Positions 8,913 to 19,300 of a stretch of 64,000 nt of DNA are shown here, in pieces; position 1 is the first letter of the stretch; each line of letters opens with the position of its first letter. Origin of the DNA: a virus (lineage: Duplodnaviria > Caudoviricetes); IMG/VR virus record IMGVR_UViG_3300005281_000021, positions 18,783 through 82,782 of that record; one strand, written 5' to 3'. The position numbers and the translations under genes were made by a program. The notes under the pieces are model-generated. The model saw only the letters and a program-made list of their open reading frames with translations. It was not told where the DNA came from and did not search any database.

Positions 8913-10025
8913 TCAGACCGACTCGGTCACCACCTGGCCGCCCAAGAAGAAAACCTGCCCGTTGAAGTAGCGGATCCCGTTGTACTGGTAGTTGTAGGAG
9001 ACGGTCAGCTCGCCCTCGTCGTCCGGCGCCGCCAGGGTGTCGTCGATCCCGGCCATCGTGCTGGACATGCCGAAATCGGGGTCGTCCGGATCCGGCAGGG
9101 TATCGTCGAGGTCGGCGCCCACCTGCCACTCGACAGGCCCGCCATCAGTGGGCGGGGTCAGGGAGTCGGACATATCCGAGCCGCGCAGCAGCAGCGACCG
9201 CAGGTGCGTGCCGGCGTCGCGCAGCCGGTCGATGACCTCGCGGACGATCGACTGGAACTGAGTGATATCCCCGCCATTGATGAAATCGTAGTCGTACTCG
9301 ACGTCGAACAGGCCGTAGTACGGGAAGGCGTCGGCGTCGTAGTTGTAGGCGCCGTTGTAGAAGATCGTCGCGTCGTGCAGCGGGAAAACCGGCCCGTACA
9401 GGGTCACGTCCGTGACCTTGGCGTCCTGACCGGTGTAGACCTTGATCGCCGCCTCCATGGCGACGTTGTTCCCGCGGGGACGGAGCACCTCGGCGATGAT
9501 GCGCGGCCCGTAGGACACATCCGGCTCCCCCTGGATCCTGGGGACGCCATAGTAGCCGCCCAGCTCGTCGAGCCACTCGCCCTCGGCGGTGCGGGTGGAC
9601 ATCTGCTTGAGCGCCTCGGGGATTTGGGCAGCGGCCAGCTTCAGCTCGCTGGCCACGGCCTCCATGTAGGCCCAGAGCAGGCTGGTGTAGGCATACAGGT
9701 GGTCACCGTTTGACCTGGAGATATCCCCCTCGCCGTCCATCAGGGCGAGCGCCGAGACCTGCGCCGCGCTTCCCTGTACGCCGTAGGCGATCTCGTAGCC
9801 GGGCTGGGACGCCAGATAGAACATCAGGTCGGCCAGCCGGTACTGCGACAGGTCGACGACCAGGTCGCTCCCCGGCCCGCCGGTGACGGTCGTGTAGAGG
9901 ACGCCGTCCTCAATGCGCCAGGTCATCCCCCCTCCCTCGTACTGCAGGCGCAGCGCGAGGAACTTCCCCGGGTCTTTGTCGAAAACCCGGTTCAGGTAGG
10001 ACAGGAGCTTCTGGGTCAGGCGCAT
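8913..10025 (-). CDS. Baseplate wedge protein (P2 gpI-like)
   Basis: TAEGEWLDELGGYYGVPR..GE.D..Y..RI. Confidence 0.75.
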   Translation of the reverse strand: MRLTQKLLSYLNRVFDKDPGKFLALRLQYEGGGMTWRIEDGVLYTTVTGGPGSDLVVDLSQYRLADLMFYLASQPGYEIAYGVQGSAAQVSALALMDGEGDISRSNGDHLYAYTSLLWAYMEAVASELKLAAAQIPEALKQMSTRTAEGEWLDELGGYYGVPRIQGEPDVSYGPRIIAEVLRPRGNNVAMEAAIKVYTGQDAKVTDVTLYGPVFPLHDATIFYNGAYNYDADAFPYYGLFDVEYDYDFINGGDITQFQSIVREVIDRLRDAGTHLRSLLLRGSDMSDSLTPPTDGGPVEWQVGADLDDTLPDPDDPDFGMSSTMAGIDDTLAAPDDEGELTVSYNYQYNGIRYFNGQVFFLGGQVVTESV

Positions 10026-10028
10026 GGT

Positions 10029-11144
10029 TTAGGCGATCGTGATGTTGCCCGGCATGATCTTGGTCGTCTTGTCGACGGCCACGTCCGCGGTCGGGGTGCT
10101 GGGCACGAAGTTGTAGACGCCCTCGATCTCCATGACGCGGGCGATGATCTCCGACAGGATGGCCGGGTCGCCGATTTCCAGCCCCTGCAGGTACGCGAAG
10201 ATGGACTCGGTGGCGAGGTTCACCAGGGTGGCATGGTCGTACCCCGGCAGAGCGGTCAGCACGCCATCGACGTCCAGATCCTGCTCGTTGGCGGGGTGGA
10301 CGTCGACCTTCACCCCCGCGGCCTTCCAGCCAGGGACGGCATTGCCGTGCTCGTCGTAGTAGCCGTACACGACATCCCGCGCCCGATTGACCAGGGCGCT
10401 GGTGGTGTTGCCTACGCCGTTGTGGACATAGCACTGCACCCAGGCGATCGGCATGTTCGGGTCGATATCCTTGTAGGGCTCGACGATCGACACCGAGACG
10501 ACCCGCTCGATGAGGTTCCCACCCGGATCCAGGAGCTGGGTGGTCTTCAGGCCGTACTCGAGCGCGGCCACTGTGCCCCGGCTCAGGGACTGGATGTAGG
10601 CGTTGAAGCGCAGCTTCCGGTCCTCGTCCGTCTCCTGGTTGATGCCGTTCATGAACGGGCTGAGGTTCGTCGCGCTGACGAAACCCTCGGGCGGCGGGCT
10701 CAGGGTGAAGGACAGGCCGGCGCCGATGTTGCCGATCGTCCCGGGCTGCGTGGCAGCCACCAGAACGTCGACGAAGCTGTCGCCAGGATTGATGATCGCG
10801 TCATCGGTGCTGACGTAGGTGGTCGAGCCGCCAGACGCGGTGAAGATGGTGCCAGACTGGATCAAGATGGGGTTTGCACCGGGCGTGACCGTCACGCGCA
10901 CCAGGCCGCTGGCCGCGACCGCCTCGATGCGGGCGAAGTCGAACGAGTGGTAGACGGAGACCGGGATCGCCTCTTTGATCCCGAAGAACATCTGCTGGTA
11001 ATACTCGTCCAGCTCCACCGCCGGCGCTTCCACCAGCGTGCGGGCCACGCTGCCAACGTTGAAGTCGGTGATCTTGGTCTGCGTCGACCGCATCCAGTTG
11101 ATCATCGACGCGACGATGGAGCGAAAATCCTTTATCTGAAACAT
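10029..11144 (-). CDS. Baseplate J-like protein
   Basis: ITDFNVGSVARTLVEA, A..PGTIGN, G..QETDEDRKLR. Confidence 0.9.
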   Translation of the reverse strand: MFQIKDFRSIVASMINWMRSTQTKITDFNVGSVARTLVEAPAVELDEYYQQMFFGIKEAIPVSVYHSFDFARIEAVAASGLVRVTVTPGANPILIQSGTIFTASGGSTTYVSTDDAIINPGDSFVDVLVAATQPGTIGNIGAGLSFTLSPPPEGFVSATNLSPFMNGINQETDEDRKLRFNAYIQSLSRGTVAALEYGLKTTQLLDPGGNLIERVVSVSIVEPYKDIDPNMPIAWVQCYVHNGVGNTTSALVNRARDVVYGYYDEHGNAVPGWKAAGVKVDVHPANEQDLDVDGVLTALPGYDHATLVNLATESIFAYLQGLEIGDPAILSEIIARVMEIEGVYNFVPSTPTADVAVDKTTKIMPGNITIA

Positions 11145-11153
11145 TTCCTGTCC

Positions 11154-11768
11154 TTACGGATTCGCGGCGATTTCAAGCGACTCGCCGGCCACCGGCTCCA
11201 CGTACACAGTGACCCGCACGGCATCGCCGGTAACCTCGGCCTCGGCCCGCAGGATCCGGCGCACCCGAGGGTCGCCCGCCACGGCAGCCCTGGCGTACTC
11301 GGCCACGATCTGGCCGGCAGCCGGGCCGTTGATGGCGCCCAGCATCCGGCGGACTTGCGAGCCGTAGTCGAGGTGGAACATCAGCTCCCCGCGCTCGGTG
11401 TCGATCCGATGCTTGAGCGCCTGCCGGAAATTCGCCCGCCCAGAGATGACCGCGAAGTCGCCATTCTCGGCGGTGAGCTGCCCGCCGGTCAGGTCAATGT
11501 CCGAGCCAAAGACGCTCTCCGGATCCGGGCGCGACGCGGCGGGCGCAGGCGCCGGGACAATGATCAGGTCGCCCGGCACCAGCACGCCAGGCCGCGGCGG
11601 CGCGGACGGGCTGCCGACGATGAACGGCGGGACGAGGGTGTTGTAGGAGATCAGGTCGTACCAGCGGCCAGCGTCACCCAGCTCGCGAGCGGCGATCTGC
11701 TGCAGCGTGTCTCCGATCCGCACCTCGACGAACCGGAAGCCGAACATCTGGCGCGAGAACTCGGTCAT
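11154..11768 (-). CDS. LysM-like + gp25-like baseplate wedge protein
   Basis: GDTLQQIAARELGD..W; TERGEL.FH..YG..DPRV. Confidence 0.8.
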   Translation of the reverse strand: MTEFSRQMFGFRFVEVRIGDTLQQIAARELGDAGRWYDLISYNTLVPPFIVGSPSAPPRPGVLVPGDLIIVPAPAPAASRPDPESVFGSDIDLTGGQLTAENGDFAVISGRANFRQALKHRIDTERGELMFHLDYGSQVRRMLGAINGPAAGQIVAEYARAAVAGDPRVRRILRAEAEVTGDAVRVTVYVEPVAGESLEIAANP

Positions 11769-12928
11769 GCGGACACCACCATGCCGGAAGCAATGTCCGT
11801 GACCGCCGACCGGATGGAAGCCGTCGGCAGCGGCGACAGGACGGGGTCAGTCAGCGCCAGGGTGCGCAGCGCGGACTGCGCCGAGCCGTTAATCGAGACG
11901 GGCAGCGGGCGCTGGGTCGGCACCACGGCGTAGAACGGGTTCTGGCCGGCCAGCACGCTGATCGGGCGACCACCGCTCGTGCTCGAGCAGTTGGACGCGC
12001 CGAACAGCGGGTCGTAGTCCTCGTAGAACAGCTGCTGGCGGAGCGCGTTGCGCAGCACGCAGAAGATGTTCGAATAGGCCCCGGCGATCTGCATCAGGCG
12101 GCTGCGAATCTGGTTCGGGATATTGGCGACCGCTGCCACCGTCCGGAACAGATTCACGCCGGCCTGCGCCGTCATCTGCGCCACCCGGATCAGCGACCCG
12201 GCCACGCCGTCGACTGCCGCCACGGCGCCGCGCACTGCCCCGTAGAGCCGGGCGGTCTGGTTCATGAAGGCCTGCACCGGCGACGCGATCGTCCGGTCGA
12301 CCCAATGCTGCACCTGGTTGATTGCGCCGGTGATCTCGTTAATGGACGCCGTCAGGCTGTCCAGCCCGAGCGACTCTAGGACGTCGGTGTTCAGGAGACC
12401 GCCGCCGCCGAACTGCAAGAAGCTGGCCTGGCCAACGTTCTGGTCGAGCACCGTCAAGTTGATCTGGTACTGGAACAGCAGCGGGCGGGACTTCGACCGC
12501 CGCAGGGTGAAGCTGACCGGCGCCACGACGACCGTGATGCGGTCGAGCGCGTCGGCGAAGATGAGCTGCACCAGATCCGGGTCGCGTCCGGCCTGCACCG
12601 CGTCCCGGCGCCGGGCGTGCCACTGGTCGAAAACCTGATCCTTCAGGGCGTGAAACCGGGCCTCCCCGTCGTCTGCGCTGCCCATCGTCCGGCGCCAGCC
12701 GGTGTGGCCGCTGATCGTGATCGTGGGGATGCCCGGGCCGAAGGCGTCGGCCCACGCGCCGCCTAGCGTCTGCTGCACGTTCAGGCGCGACGAGTCGCTC
12801 CGGACGAGATCCTCCGGGCGGATGGCCAGGTTCAGGCTGACCGGCGGCAGGCCGGACGCCTGATCGTCCAGCAGGAAGCTGATCGGGCGGACGTCGGCCT
12901 TCTGGCTGGTGGGCGGATTTAGGAGCAT
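11765..12928 (-). CDS. Tail tube initiator / baseplate protein
   Basis: IRPEDL..QQTLGGAW.D.FG.G..ITISGHTGW; position in module. Confidence 0.65.
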   Translation of the reverse strand: MLLNPPTSQKADVRPISFLLDDQASGLPPVSLNLAIRPEDLVRSDSSRLNVQQTLGGAWADAFGPGIPTITISGHTGWRRTMGSADDGEARFHALKDQVFDQWHARRRDAVQAGRDPDLVQLIFADALDRITVVVAPVSFTLRRSKSRPLLFQYQINLTVLDQNVGQASFLQFGGGGLLNTDVLESLGLDSLTASINEITGAINQVQHWVDRTIASPVQAFMNQTARLYGAVRGAVAAVDGVAGSLIRVAQMTAQAGVNLFRTVAAVANIPNQIRSRLMQIAGAYSNIFCVLRNALRQQLFYEDYDPLFGASNCSSTSGGRPISVLAGQNPFYAVVPTQRPLPVSINGSAQSALRTLALTDPVLSPLPTASIRSAVTDIASGMVVSA

Positions 12929-13027
12929 GGCCGCAGTTTCCCGTCACGACAGCCGGGCGGGTTGCTTTACTCTTTTTCGAGCATACGGTACTGTCTAGCT
13001 GTCTTAACTTTCTGATACGTCCCCAAA

Positions 13028-13369
13028 ATGAAACGCGTCCTTCTTGCCGCCATGATCGGCGGCGCAATGATGGCCGCGACCACCGTCGCGGAAGCCATAG
13101 AGCAATCTCAACCCCAACCCGAGCCATGGCTGGTAATGGCAGACCGCGGCGCGTGCACGCCGCTCCTAGAAGTCATGCCAGCCACCAAGCCCGAGGACGT
13201 GCTCAATCTGATGCGCAGCACGGGGATGAAGGTCGGTCTGCGCTACTACGGCCCGAGCTATGCCGAGGTGTACGATCTGGCCGGCATCTCCACGTCGTTC
13301 CCGATGACAAATGACCCGAAGAACTGCGCCGTAATCCTGCCTGCGCACATGGTAGTCCCGCGGCGCTGA
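13028..13369 (+). CDS. Secreted hypothetical protein (moron-like)
   Basis: Signal peptide, two Cys, AT-rich upstream region, opposite strand inside baseplate module. Confidence 0.65.
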   Translation: MKRVLLAAMIGGAMMAATTVAEAIEQSQPQPEPWLVMADRGACTPLLEVMPATKPEDVLNLMRSTGMKVGLRYYGPSYAEVYDLAGISTSFPMTNDPKNCAVILPAHMVVPRR

Positions 13370-13384
13370 CCAGCGCCGCGCCCG

Positions 13385-14269
13385 TTACGGCACCGAGTCG
13401 CTCGTGCGACCGCCGACGTCGCCTTCCATGTGGCCGTGACCTTTGAGCTTGATGAGGTCGGCTTCCACGTCGCCGTTGTTGACCCTGATGGTGCCCTCGA
13501 AGGTCGACACCGCGCCGGACGCGCCGGCGCCCAGCACGTTCATCGCGCCCTGAACGGTCAGGTTTCCGGTGCACGTCGTCTGCGGCGTATCGAGCGTGAC
13601 ACTCGGCGCCGTGACCGTTGCTGCACCGCCGGAAGTGACGTCGGTAGTGCCGACCACGTTGACGGTGGCGGATCCGCCGACATCCACGCTCAGATTCCCG
13701 ACATGGGTCAGGGTCACGTTGCCGCTCGGGTCGATGTTCAGGGACGCCACGGTGCCGCCGGCGTTCGCCACGGTCACCTGCAGGTGGACGGACTTGCCGA
13801 CGTTGCGGGCGATCTTCCAGCGCCCATCGGCGTCCTTGCCGGTCAAGTCCTCGTGGGCCGGGCTGGTGCCAATGCGCAGGAAGGTGCCGCTCGGGTGGTA
13901 CAGCTCCGCATTTCCCTCGGCGTCGATCGTCGAGTAGACGTCGGATGCGTGGCGGCTCACCCGCCGCTCAAGCTCCTTGAACAGCATCTGACAGACCTGC
14001 GGGTAGCGGAAGCCGATGACCACCGGCAGGTGGTCAAAGAACGCTACTGCCGCGATCACGTCGCGGCTGGTTTCCTCCCGCAAATCCCAGACTTCACCGC
14101 TGGATGGAGTCGCGGGCTGCGCCAGATCGTTGAAGCCGGCATTCGAGCTGGCAAACGGCGCAAGCACCTGCACGCCAGCCAGGCGCGAGCCGTCGTCGGT
14201 CATGACTAGATCGACCGAATAATCCTCCGGGTGGATCGCGGCCACCCGCCCCCAGCGCAGACTAGACAC
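13385..14269 (-). CDS. Baseplate spike (gpV-like)
   Basis: OB-like N-terminus, beta-helix repeats, terminal LKGHGH metal motif. Confidence 0.85.
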   Translation of the reverse strand: MSSLRWGRVAAIHPEDYSVDLVMTDDGSRLAGVQVLAPFASSNAGFNDLAQPATPSSGEVWDLREETSRDVIAAVAFFDHLPVVIGFRYPQVCQMLFKELERRVSRHASDVYSTIDAEGNAELYHPSGTFLRIGTSPAHEDLTGKDADGRWKIARNVGKSVHLQVTVANAGGTVASLNIDPSGNVTLTHVGNLSVDVGGSATVNVVGTTDVTSGGAATVTAPSVTLDTPQTTCTGNLTVQGAMNVLGAGASGAVSTFEGTIRVNNGDVEADLIKLKGHGHMEGDVGGRTSDSVP

Positions 14270-15788
14270 CCCTCGTCTCCTGCAATTCGGCCATGTACGG
14301 GCTGGCCGCGCCGCCGCCGCGCTTGGCGCGCTCGACGAAGCCCATGCCGCGCTCGACCGCCAGCGTCGAAAAGAAGCCGCTAAACGGCACGTAATCGTGC
14401 TCTACCTGGGTCACGTAATACTCGGCGGAGAAGCCGCCGCGCTTGAGCCTAACGAACTTTCCGGGCCGGATCCGCTCGTTGCCGCGCACTCGTATCGTGC
14501 CGCGCTCGAGCAGCACGTTGTCCTTGTTCTGCTCGACAAGGAACCGACGACGGGAGTCGATCCAGTCCACCATGTCGGCGTCGCGCTTGCGCTTTTCCGA
14601 CTCGGGCTGCCCCGAGTTGAAGGTGTCGACCTTGTCGCCGCCCTGCTCGGTTTGGCCGTACATCACCCGGGTGCCGTACAGAGCCGTGGCACTGTTCGGA
14701 TAGTCCTCGAGCAGCACGGACTCCTTGTCGGCCCCCTGGATGGCGAACAGCTGCCGGTAGATATCGCTCACCAGCTCGAAGCGCGGCGACCGCACCCAAT
14801 AGAAGTTTGCCACATGGGCATCCGTCCGGGACAGGTTCAGCGACAGGACGTCGGTGTCCGGGATCTCGATGGTTTCCGGCGCGGCATAGTCCTCGTCGTC
14901 GTAGATCTGCGGGTAGATCGATTTGCCGTCGATGCCCTTCGACGGGTTCGGGCGATACACGCAGTAGACGCCATCCTCCCGATCCTCGAGGAACAGCTCG
15001 TTCCAGATGCCGATATCGCTGTAGGTGCGCAGCAGGTCGTAGATCGACCCCTCCTGGTTCTGTGGCCCGGAAACGCTCGACGTGCCGTGCTTGACCTGCA
15101 CGTCGAGCTTCACCTCTGTGGGGTTCGGCGAGTTTTCCGGCATCAGGCGCTTGATGTACGGGTTCAGGATCTTCTGCACGACCTCGGTGACGAACTCCCC
15201 CGCCGTCATCGTGGTCTTGAAGCCCACGCCGAACCGCTCGAACAGCTTGAAATTCGACAAGATATCCTGGCCGATGACGTAGCCAGGCAGGTACAGGATC
15301 TGCAGCTGCTGCCAGAGCTTGCCGTAGTCCTGGCCGCTGATCACCACCGACCGCTGCGGGCGACCGTCCGCCCCCATGGCCTCCGTGCGCACGACCTCGG
15401 AGACGAAGCCGCGCATGATGATGGGCGGGCGCGTCGGATCGTCGGTCGGGTCGTTGATGAGGTTGCCGATCAGATCCGGCGGGTCGTGGCGCATCCGGAT
15501 CTCGACGAAGTCCATCGGCTCGATCAGGCCGTACAGAGTCTCGAACGAGAACACCTGCTTGTGCGGCTTGTCGGCCAGCGTGATCGAGAAGCCACCCGCC
15601 GGGGAGTTGATCGCCTTGGACGTGCGCACGCCGCGCTGATCCGCCAGGAACGGCGAGAGGTCGATCTTCTGGTCGATCCCCTTGTACCGCTCCGAGACCG
15701 GCATCTGGCCGTTCAGCGTCGACCGCTTGATCGTCTTGTAGAGGATGACCCGAATGTCGGGCTGGTAAACCTTGACCTTGGGGGACAT
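14262..15788 (-). CDS. Baseplate hub protein
   Basis: Between tape measure and spike; ISGQDYGK, GTIRVRGNERIRPG, YYVTQVEH. Confidence 0.75.
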   Translation of the reverse strand: MSPKVKVYQPDIRVILYKTIKRSTLNGQMPVSERYKGIDQKIDLSPFLADQRGVRTSKAINSPAGGFSITLADKPHKQVFSFETLYGLIEPMDFVEIRMRHDPPDLIGNLINDPTDDPTRPPIIMRGFVSEVVRTEAMGADGRPQRSVVISGQDYGKLWQQLQILYLPGYVIGQDILSNFKLFERFGVGFKTTMTAGEFVTEVVQKILNPYIKRLMPENSPNPTEVKLDVQVKHGTSSVSGPQNQEGSIYDLLRTYSDIGIWNELFLEDREDGVYCVYRPNPSKGIDGKSIYPQIYDDEDYAAPETIEIPDTDVLSLNLSRTDAHVANFYWVRSPRFELVSDIYRQLFAIQGADKESVLLEDYPNSATALYGTRVMYGQTEQGGDKVDTFNSGQPESEKRKRDADMVDWIDSRRRFLVEQNKDNVLLERGTIRVRGNERIRPGKFVRLKRGGFSAEYYVTQVEHDYVPFSGFFSTLAVERGMGFVERAKRGGGAASPYMAELQETRGV

Positions 15789-18610
15789 CAGCGTGCTCCG
15801 TAGGGCACCGGAACGCCAACCCGGGTGCTCACGTTCACGGGCGGCGCCAGCGGCGTGCCGGTCGGACTATTCAAGGTGAACTGGCCATGGATGGCGACGT
15901 GCTGGGTCTGACCGGGTACGTCCACCTGGCGCACGCCGCCGGGCACCGGCGCATCGTGCATGCCTGCCCGGGACAGGATGGCCGGAACATAGGCCTGCGT
16001 CTCCTGCGGCGCATGCGCCAGCCAGTCGTCACCGTACTGCTGCACGGCGCGGTCGACGTTCCCCGGCCCCCAATTGTAGGCGGCGAGCGCCTTCCGCCAG
16101 TCGCCGCCATACCGGCGCAGCATCGCGTTCAGGTATTCCCGCCCGACCCGCAGGTATTCCTCGCGGGAGTTGTTGCGAATGCCGACGACGCCAAAGCCAG
16201 GATCCCTGGCCGTTCCCGGCATGAGCTGGGAGATCCCGGCGGCGCCAGAGCGCGGGTTGGTGACCAGGTTCCCGGTCTCGTCCGTATGTCGGCCACCGGA
16301 CTCCTGCATGATCAGCGCGTCGAACACCCGGGCGAACTCGGTGCCCGGGGTGCCGGTGAACTGCTGGCGAATCTGGTCCTGTTGCCGGCGCAGGGCTTCG
16401 TCCTCCGCAGAGAGGGCCGCGGCTTTTTCCTCTTCCAGGCTCCGATTCGTCTCCCCGACGCGACGCCGGGCATCGGCCAGCTCGCGCAGGCGCGCCCGAG
16501 CTGCCGCCTGCTCTTCCGGCGTCATGGTCGAGCCGTTGCGGCGGAATTCCTCGTAGGCGGTCAGGTAGGCGCTGTTCGCCTCGTCGTAACTGAGCTTGTA
16601 CGAGTCGTAGCGCGCCCGAATGGCCTCCTTGCGCTCCTCGGCCTCAGCTTCCGCCACCGCGAGCTGGATGCCCATCGGGCCGCGCTTGCCGCCGCCAGCC
16701 ATGTAGATGATGCCAGCCCGCATGTCGTTGAGCAGCGGGACGGTAAGGCTGGCGAGCCGCTGCACCTCGTTCTGCACACCGACGATCGTGCGACGGGTCT
16801 CGCTGCCCTCGGTACGCTCCTGCTCACGGGTGGCCGTCAGCTCGGTCAGGACGTCGCGCAGGGTTTCCTCGTTGCCACCCTGCAGCGCCGCCGTCAGGCG
16901 GTCGCGTTCCGCCGGGCTCAGTGCGTCCACCCCGGTGCGCGCGAACAGGCTGCGCGCCTGCGCTTCGAGCACGTCGCGCCCGCCAGTCTGGATCCTGGCC
17001 AGTGCCTCGATGCCGGTATAGGACAGGCGGCTCAGATCCAGCCCGGTGCCAGACCGGCCAAGCCTGTCCATGATGCCCGTGAGCGCCTCCGGCTTGGTCA
17101 GCGCCAGCGCCATCGCCTGCGACGTGTTGATGCCGAAGAAATTCGACATCGCATTCGCCATCAGCTCAGGGCGCCCCGCGTAGATCTTGCGGAAGTGCTC
17201 CATGATCATCTGCAGGTTGGTCGACGCCGAGCCAGCCGCCGCGCCGGGCGTCGACAGGCCGAATTCCTCGGCGAACCGGGCATAGAGCGAGCCCGACCCG
17301 AACGCCGCCGACCCGGTGCCGAAGGCCCCCTGCTCGCGCAGGATAGCCGTCTGGATAGGGTTCAGGCCGAGCCGGCTGCCGAGCGCCGCATAGATGAAGT
17401 GCTGGCCGGCCTCCCCGGCTGCGCTGCCCCCGGCAATGGCCGAATTGACCCGCCCGAGCAGCGCGCCGGCGCCTTCGACGTCCAGGCCTGGGATGCCGGA
17501 TCCGGTCATCGCGGCCAGCATGCCCGCGTAGCCGCCGACGTTGGCCGTCACCAGGCCCAGGCGGGTCTGCTGCGCCGCGAAGTTGCCGATCGCCGCCAGC
17601 ACTTCCTCGGCCTTGGCAAACGCGCCGCCCCGGGCGATGCCCTCTCCGATCATCAGCGCCAGCCGCCGGCTGTCGTTCTCGTTGCGGGTGACCCCGAACA
17701 GACGCATCTGGGCGAAGAACGCGCTGCTGCGGCCCGGATCCATACCGAAGGCCCGCCCGAAGCCGCCGCCGATGGCGACCTCACTGGCCAGCGTCCGGTA
17801 GGCCTCCGGCGCCAGATTCGCCATGCGGGCGAACTGCTCGCCGAGCTTCTGGCCTTCCTGGAACGTGATATCCAGCGCAGACGAGGAAGCCCGCAGGGAC
17901 TCCTTCAGAGTCTCAAATCCGACATTGACGTCGCCCAGCGACCGCTTGAGCACGTCGTAGGAGATGAACTCCTGCTCGGCGGCGCCGATCTTCTCGCGCA
18001 CAGCGCCTATGGCCTTGCCAATGCCGAGCGCCAGCAGCCCACCTGCCAGCCCGACCAGGCCCGCCATGGCGCCGCCGGCCAGTCCTGCCGTCAAGGCGTT
18101 GTTCGCCACGCCGCCGGCAGGCCCGAGGGCGCTCAGGCCAGCGCCGAGGATCTGCCGGCCAGCACCGGCGACGCCGGCAGCAGCAGGCGTGGGCGGTGGA
18201 GCAGGCGGCGGTGGTGGCGCTGCCGGGCGCGCAGGCGACGCGGAGCTTCCAGCCGTCGCCGGGAACGAGTAACCGGTGACGTACTCGAACGCCTCGCGCA
18301 TCCGGCGTGCCCGGATGGACGGGTCGGAGTAGACCCGCGCCCAATCGACATCGAAAAACCCGGCGCCAGACTGCCCGGTGGCGCTCAGGCGCTGGCGAAG
18401 CGCCGTGGAGACCTTGAGCAGGCTCTCGAACTGCTGCGTGACCTTCTTCAGGTCGTCGACGGATGCCTTGTCGATCGGCGTGAACTTGACCTTGTTCGCC
18501 TGCGCGATCATCTGGCCCAGCTTGTTGAACTGCTGGACGAACTGATCAGTCGCCTGCTTCAGGTCGGCAGCGTTGAACTGCGCTTCAACCGGGATCTTGA
18601 TGCCGCTCAT
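15788..18610 (-). CDS. Tape measure protein with C-terminal SLT domain
   Basis: Ala/Gly-rich 940 aa; MQESGG, GAAGISQLMPGTA, ALAAYNWGPGNV. Confidence 0.9.
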   Translation of the reverse strand: MSGIKIPVEAQFNAADLKQATDQFVQQFNKLGQMIAQANKVKFTPIDKASVDDLKKVTQQFESLLKVSTALRQRLSATGQSGAGFFDVDWARVYSDPSIRARRMREAFEYVTGYSFPATAGSSASPARPAAPPPPPAPPPTPAAAGVAGAGRQILGAGLSALGPAGGVANNALTAGLAGGAMAGLVGLAGGLLALGIGKAIGAVREKIGAAEQEFISYDVLKRSLGDVNVGFETLKESLRASSSALDITFQEGQKLGEQFARMANLAPEAYRTLASEVAIGGGFGRAFGMDPGRSSAFFAQMRLFGVTRNENDSRRLALMIGEGIARGGAFAKAEEVLAAIGNFAAQQTRLGLVTANVGGYAGMLAAMTGSGIPGLDVEGAGALLGRVNSAIAGGSAAGEAGQHFIYAALGSRLGLNPIQTAILREQGAFGTGSAAFGSGSLYARFAEEFGLSTPGAAAGSASTNLQMIMEHFRKIYAGRPELMANAMSNFFGINTSQAMALALTKPEALTGIMDRLGRSGTGLDLSRLSYTGIEALARIQTGGRDVLEAQARSLFARTGVDALSPAERDRLTAALQGGNEETLRDVLTELTATREQERTEGSETRRTIVGVQNEVQRLASLTVPLLNDMRAGIIYMAGGGKRGPMGIQLAVAEAEAEERKEAIRARYDSYKLSYDEANSAYLTAYEEFRRNGSTMTPEEQAAARARLRELADARRRVGETNRSLEEEKAAALSAEDEALRRQQDQIRQQFTGTPGTEFARVFDALIMQESGGRHTDETGNLVTNPRSGAAGISQLMPGTARDPGFGVVGIRNNSREEYLRVGREYLNAMLRRYGGDWRKALAAYNWGPGNVDRAVQQYGDDWLAHAPQETQAYVPAILSRAGMHDAPVPGGVRQVDVPGQTQHVAIHGQFTLNSPTGTPLAPPVNVSTRVGVPVPYGAR

Positions 18611-18924
18611 TCGCTCTTCATGTCGATGATGGTTTCAAAGTCGTCATCCGGCGGAAGCTCGCCGCCACCGGCATGCGCAGCCTGCTCCTCGGCCCACTGC
18701 CGCTCGATTTCAGCCGGGTCGAATTCGTCGTCCTCGATCTCTTCGACCACTCGGTTGTCGGCATAGTGGTGCGCCCAAAAATCGGTCTCGATTTCCTCGA
18801 GCGTCGCCTCCAAAAACCGAGGGTCCGTCGGCGGCAGGTTGTATTTTCGCCTAAACCAGAACTGCAGGGTCTTAGCCCACTGCTTCCCCCTTGCCTTCGC
18901 CCGCTTGCTTCTTTCCGCTGCGAA
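18607..18924 (-). CDS. Tail assembly chaperone, frameshifted C-terminal (T) segment
   Basis: WFRRKYNLPPTDPRFL segment lacks a plausible own start; +1 frame relative to 18872-19237. Confidence 0.65.
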   Translation of the reverse strand, partial: FAAERSKRAKARGKQWAKTLQFWFRRKYNLPPTDPRFLEATLEEIETDFWAHHYADNRVVEEIEDDEFDPAEIERQWAEEQAAHAGGGELPPDDDFETIIDMKSE

Positions 18925-19237
18925 AGGAGTCCTCCTTTGCGCGCAGGGCGCTGTAGACCTTCGCCAGCTTGGCGTAGTCCTCATCCGACAGCGGATCCAG
19001 CTCATCCAGATCCCAACCTTCCGGCCCCCTGACGGTCAGCACGCGCAGCGTGGCAATCCAGTTGCCGACCAGTTGCAGGAACTCGTTCGGCTTGTCGACG
19101 CCCTCGCAGATCCGCGAGAACTCGGCGGCGATCTTCAGCTCGTCGGGCATCTTGCGATACCCGAACACAAACGAGCCGACGCCCTCGACGTGGAGGGTGA
19201 AGTCCGTAGGGCTGGGCGGACGGGTTGGACTGGCCAT
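18872..19237 (-). CDS. Tail assembly chaperone (G)
   Basis: Between tube and tape measure; AGGAG SD. Confidence 0.75.
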   Translation of the reverse strand: MASPTRPPSPTDFTLHVEGVGSFVFGYRKMPDELKIAAEFSRICEGVDKPNEFLQLVGNWIATLRVLTVRGPEGWDLDELDPLSDEDYAKLAKVYSALRAKEDSFRSGKKQAGEGKGEAVG

Positions 19238-19258
19238 ATGCTCTCCTAGTTGACGTGG

Positions 19259-19281
19259 AAAAAGCCGCCACGAGGGCGGCT
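19259..19281 (-). terminator. Rho-independent terminator after tail tube gene
   Basis: AGCCGCC/GGCGGCT stem followed by T5 on minus strand. Confidence 0.7.
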
Positions 19282-19300
19282 ACCTTTGATCGACGCGGCG

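Noticed and set aside
15887-18766. Long plus-strand ORFs (also 19250-21499, 29633-31846, 47056-49539, 10233-11933)
   Set aside because: Antisense shadows of real GC-rich genes; no motifs or RBS
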